Source: Eledone cirrhosa (taxonomy: Eukaryota). From it: 64,000 bases of DNA. Numbering within the stretch: position 1 is the first letter of the stretch; each line of letters opens with the position of its first letter. The stretch covers positions 113,372-177,371 of the forward strand of contig CAXHJY010001389.1 of the NCBI GenBank assembly GCA_964016885.1. Reading direction: 5' to 3'. Under the pieces are notes generated by a model. That model was not told the DNA's origin, made no database searches, and saw nothing but the letters and a program-made list of their open reading frames with translations. Both the position numbers and the translations under genes were made by a program. Below are positions 52,399 to 64,000 of the stretch, one piece after another.

Positions 52399-52855
52399 GT
52401 ATATAGTAATATATATGTATAAATAAAGACAGTAAATCTCATGTCTAAAATTACGAGGGTATAAGATACCACTAATGTTTTAAAAATGTAATCTTAACCA
52501 TACAGTATGATATATTAATTTTATACTGACCGTATCAAACACATTTCATCTCTCGGACAGATTTTAGACTCAATCTGTTTCTCCCTGAAAAAATTGTGTT
52601 TGTAACAGATAATCTGTAGGCTAGCATCAGCGAGAGATAGATCAAATGAAAAAAAGCCCCCTAACAGCAATTTGAGGACCAAAGATATGTCCCTCGTGGT
52701 CTGCACGCTATACGTGGTATGAGTAGTTATGCGAGAAATAATAGCCTTATCCCACTCAGTTTATAAGCTCACCCATTCAAGGAGCCGAAATGCAAATAAA
52801 ATATAGAGTTATTACCTCTAGATAACGTTTATTTATACATCTATATTAACATATA

Positions 52856-53020
52856 ATTGTTTCTACTTTAGGCACAAGGCCAGCAATTACCCAGTGCATT
52901 ACTGGTACTTTATTTTATTGACCCCGTAAGGATGAAAGGCAAAGTCAACCTCGGCGGGATTTGAACTCAGATCGTAAAGGGACGTAACTATGCTGGAAAG
53001 CATGGCGTCCGACCCTCTAT
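52856..53020 (-). mobile_element. tRNA-derived SINE with Deu/Nin-like domain
   Basis: Minus strand has B-box GAGTTCAAATCC, then GCCTTTCATCCTTACGGGGTCAATAAAATAAAGTACCAG. Confidence 0.75.
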
Positions 53021-53104
53021 ATTACTATATAATGCTCAGTATTTATACTTTGAGCTTGCTTTAATTGCAGGGTACCTATATGAGTTAATAACTCTATATT
53101 TTAT

Positions 53105-55196
<2,092 letters not shown>

Positions 55197-55248
55197 TATA
55201 ATGAAATGACAGGAGGCTGGATTTGTGTAAATCCTTGAAAGGTTTATT

Positions 55249-55306
55249 ATACTATGATCATTTCAATGACCGGGTTCCGTATGAATCCGGTGGTATCATC
55301 AGGTAT
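55249..55306 (-). ncRNA. Type-I hammerhead, family B
   Basis: Mirror of 55421-55478 with one substitution in stem II. Confidence 0.8.
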
Positions 55307-55420
55307 TCGAAATATAATACGTGAATGTAATAGGTAAAATCCATGGGGCTTCGAGACCCGAGGGCGACCGCTATTCTGTTCCTTCAATTTTACGTATTAC
55401 ATTCACGTATTATATTTCGA

Positions 55421-55478
55421 ATACCTGATGATATCACCGGATTCATACGGAACCCGGTCATTGAAATGATCATAGTAT
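55421..55478 (+). ncRNA. Type-I hammerhead, family B
   Basis: ATAC-CTGATGA-[tatcACCGGattcatacggaacCCGGTcatt]-GAAA-TGATCA-TA-GTAT, then AATAAA. Confidence 0.82.
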
Positions 55479-55674
55479 AATAAACCTTTCAAGGATTTAC
55501 ACAAATCCAGCCTCCTGTCATTTCATTATAATATTTAACTCCGTAATAGCACCACCAACTACAAAAACAAAGACGGTTGAACTGCTTTACGTTGAGTACT
55601 CTCTATATTATTGCATTACGATTGACCATACGGAATAGACCATCTCTATACAGTGGTGAACCTCAAACCTGAAT

Positions 55675-57516
<1,842 letters not shown>

Positions 57517-58420
57517 TAATATAAGATCAAAAGATGGTTAAAGGAGTTCCTTGTATTTTTATTATGCGCATTTCAAAAACAAACATCATCATGCAATAAT
57601 ATTTGTGTTTTCATCAGATAAAACAGGAGAACATGATATGAAGGCTAAAAAACACTTGTGGATAGTGCAGTTTTAAATCAACATATGAAAAGTGGTTTTA
57701 GATTGATGTGTGATATTGGGAAAAATATTTATTTAGAGAGGGGGGGGGGGGGTGGAAAGAATGAAAAGGGAAGGAGATGAGAGGGAGAGATGGGTGATAG
57801 AGAGAAAGAGATAGTTTTTATAACGGAGAGGAGATATATTGTTTTACATAGAGAGGTTGAAAACCGTTGGAAGATAATGTATAAATTAAAAATTTTGAAA
57901 ATAAACGATGGGAATTTATGTATGAAGATAGAGAGAAAAAATAATAATTGTGGATGAATATTCGAACGTCAAAAAAAGAAATGTATGTATTGTGGCAATT
58001 TCAAAATTAACGAAGAGAAAAATTATTAAGGTTTGTGTGTAGAAGGATTTGAGAAAAAATAATGTGAAGTTAAAGTTTGTATATTGAAGGAATTGATAAT
58101 ATATGCGAATAAAGAGTTAATATGTATTAATAATGAGTTCGTTGATGGGGAGAAAAAAATAATAAATTAAGGATGAAATTGAGATTAAAAAGATTTATGA
58201 TAGAGAGAAAAAAATAATAATGATTGCGGATGAATATTCTAACGTCAAAACAACAAAATGTATATGTTATGATTTTACAAGGTGAAGATAGATGAGGGTA
58301 ATGAGTAAACAAGTATTATAGAGTGTATAATGCCCTTTAAAGTAAGGTAGATGGGTATATTTTTAAAGAGGTGTATGTATATGTGCCTTTGAGAAAAGAT
58401 TCTAAATTGATAAAGAATTG
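57517..58420 (-). mobile_element. Degenerate island, probably a PLE 3' end
   Basis: Unique island between (TA)n fields with a hammerhead near its 3' end. Internal direct repeat at about 57935-57990 and 58207-58267. No clear protein motif. Confidence 0.5.
57557..57623 (-). ncRNA. Type-I hammerhead
   Basis: UUUUAU-CUGAUGA-AAACACAAAUA...UGUUUGUUUUU-GAAA-UGCGCA-UA-AUAAAA. Stem I is 6 bp, stem II is long, and UGCGCA is palindromic. Confidence 0.87.
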
Positions 58421-60031
<1,611 letters not shown>

Positions 60032-60302
60032 TATATTTAGAAACACACAGATACATGCGGACACACACATATATACATGAATGCATCCGCACCCAACTTA
60101 CTCATACTTCTACCCTTCTTCACCACCTCTTCTGCGGCCTCGATATGAATACCCCCTCCGCCTCTGTGGTATTTTCTTCGTGGTTATAAGAGGCTTAGCT
60201 CTGTTTCTCGACCGTTATATCGCGTGACTATCTCCCCCTCCGCCTTTTGGGATTCTTTCTCACGTCGTGTAGAAGCGTTCTTGAGACTAGTAAAATGAGG
60301 TA

Positions 60303-60392
60303 TCCTCTTGATAAGTCGGCAGACCTCGCAGGGACTCTATATCCTTATGATATATTGTTTTTGTTTATGCCACGAAACTACGTAGTCGAGGA
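60303..60392 (+). ncRNA. Type-I hammerhead with U3-A8 core variant and extended stem II
   Basis: UCCUC-UUGAUAA-GUcGGCA...(59-nt domain II)...UGCCAC-GAAA-CUACGUAG-UC-GAGGA. GUC cleavage site and palindrome CUACGUAG. Lies in the island 60032-60462. Confidence 0.75.
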
Positions 60393-60462
60393 ATTTAGGA
60401 GCAGTTTAGGTATGATACATTTTATTACTAATTATATCTAAATGTTTCTTCTCTCTTCATTA

Positions 60463-62420
<1,958 letters not shown>

Positions 62421-63990
62421 AGATCTCCTTAATGAAAGCTCCATAGACCTCATCATGTACTCTCGTTATGTAGACGATATCAATATAGTTATAAGAACAC
62501 CCCCACTAGAGAGCACTAACAAGTTTGATTTAGAACGTAGCACGATGGAAAGCATCCAGCAGATAGCTAATTCCCATACACCAGAGTATAACTGTAACTA
62601 TAGACTTCCCTTCCAAACACCCTAACAATAGACTACCTGTATTAGACACAGAACTCTGGATTAACACTATAGACGAGAGAGCCCAAATTCTCCACTCACA
62701 CTATGCTAAACCCATGGCCTCCAAATACCTGATACTCAAAAACTCAGCAATGTCCAGTAGTGCTAAGTTTAATATTCTGATCGCAGATTTGGTACGAGTG
62801 ATGAAGAATGTGTCCAGCATGTGCGACCCAACAGAAATGGAAGGACACATCCAACACTTCATCAACCGCATGCAGTTCTCTGGCTACAACCAAAGAGACA
62901 GAGTCAGAGTATACGAAGGAGCCATGGAAAAAGTATAAGACCCTCATAGAACTGGACATGAAAGGAATTTGCCCACTATACAGGAGCAAATCATGGAATA
63001 GCTTAGATAGGGCTAGACATAAGATAGGGAAGGCCACATCATGGTTACGACAACCAGAGATATCAGAGTGTGTTTGTGGACGCCACCCCTGGAGGGAAAT
63101 TAGCTAACCAGTGTAGAAAGGCCCTGAGAAAGACCCACTTAAAAATAAAGGTGGTAGAAAAGCCAGGAACCACCATAAAATCCCTGATCAGCAAAACCTA
63201 CCCTTTTAAGAAAACCCACTGTACCAATAGGAAATGTATCATATGTAAGGTGAACCCCCGGATAAACTGTAAAACTAGAAACGTAGTCTATAGCATAAGA
63301 TGTACAGAGGGTACTTGCAGAAACACGACAACAACATACATAGGTGAGACAGCTCGTAGCATAGGTGAAAGGATAGACCAACACTGGGGGGAACTAAAAG
63401 GACGAAAAAACGGGTCAGTACTATACGAACATGCTAGACAACATCATGACGGTAACATAGACAACATAGAAATTAGAATAATATCTAAACATAGGAATGA
63501 CCCAGCAGATAGGCAAATCAGAGAGGCCAGTGAAATAGAAATTAGAAGACCAAAGCTAAACAGAAAGAATGAGTGGAACAACAACAACACCCAAACAAAC
63601 AACACTGACCTAAGAGAAGTATAAATAAATAAGTAAATTAAATTAAATAAAAAAAAAAAAAAAAAAATAAAAAAAATAAAAAAAAAATAAAATAAGATAA
63701 ATAAATACATACACAAGCACATAAACACACACTAGTCACCCAGCAGACACAACACTATACACACTAGTCACACATCACACATAACACTATACACACACGC
63801 AAGCGCATGCGCAAAGAAGACAAATTAAAATAAGATAAACAAACAAGCAAATAAATAAATAAATATATAGACAGACTGAACAAAAAAAAAAAAAAAATGG
63901 CGTAGACATACAACACAACAGGAGGAACAATGAATATAACACCACTGACGATGTTGCAGATGTGCAACGAAAGATTTATGTAAACTATAT
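62421..63990 (+). mobile_element. 5'-truncated Penelope-like element, diverged relative of family A
   Basis: [12 protein letters not shown]...HFINRMQFSGY...CTNRKCIIC...NVVYSIRC...YIGETARSIGERIDQH...RQIREA, with frameshifts. The 3' UTR contains a hammerhead. Confidence 0.93.
63942..63981 (+). ncRNA. Type-I hammerhead in the PLE 3' UTR
   Basis: cCA-CUGACGA-U-GUUGCA gaug UGCAAC-GAAA-GAUU-UA-UG. Perfect 6-bp stem II, weak stem I. Confidence 0.72.
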
Positions 63991-64000
63991 ATATATGTGT

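Larger units (their letters stand above)
55197..55672 (+). mobile_element. ORF-less PLE derivative, family B copy 2: 136-bp inverted arms (55197-55332 and 55395-55530) plus tail
   Basis: Same arm start, hammerhead and tail as 40752-42012, with a 62-bp spacer. Confidence 0.88.

Overview
AT-rich animal nuclear DNA made up almost entirely of repeats. The SINE, LINE and (TA)n landscape suggests a cephalopod such as Octopus (inference). I found no intact host gene. From left to right: (1) Helitron-like ends and the start of an ORF with 23-aa STPR-like repeats (1-1483). (2) A 28.9-kb satellite with a 31-bp monomer and nested higher-order duplications (1643-30554). (3) A SINE, a G-rich minisatellite and an RTE-LINE tail (31-34 kb). 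(4) A 13.8-kb Buster/Charlie-type hAT transposon (36593-50402, TIRs and 8-bp TSD visible). It inserted into one arm of a fold-back Penelope-like element (PLE) and later collected more PLEs, a second hAT fragment and an RTE derivative. (5) Long (TA)n fields (51-64 kb) holding short PLE-derived islands. The main signal is 16 type-I hammerhead ribozyme motifs in about 8 sequence families between 40.4 and 64 kb, found by eye. They include ORF-less palindromic or inverted-repeat elements with a hammerhead on each strand, and one hammerhead with a compensatory U3-A8 core. The IY/YI-rich ORFs in the track are microsatellite artefacts.
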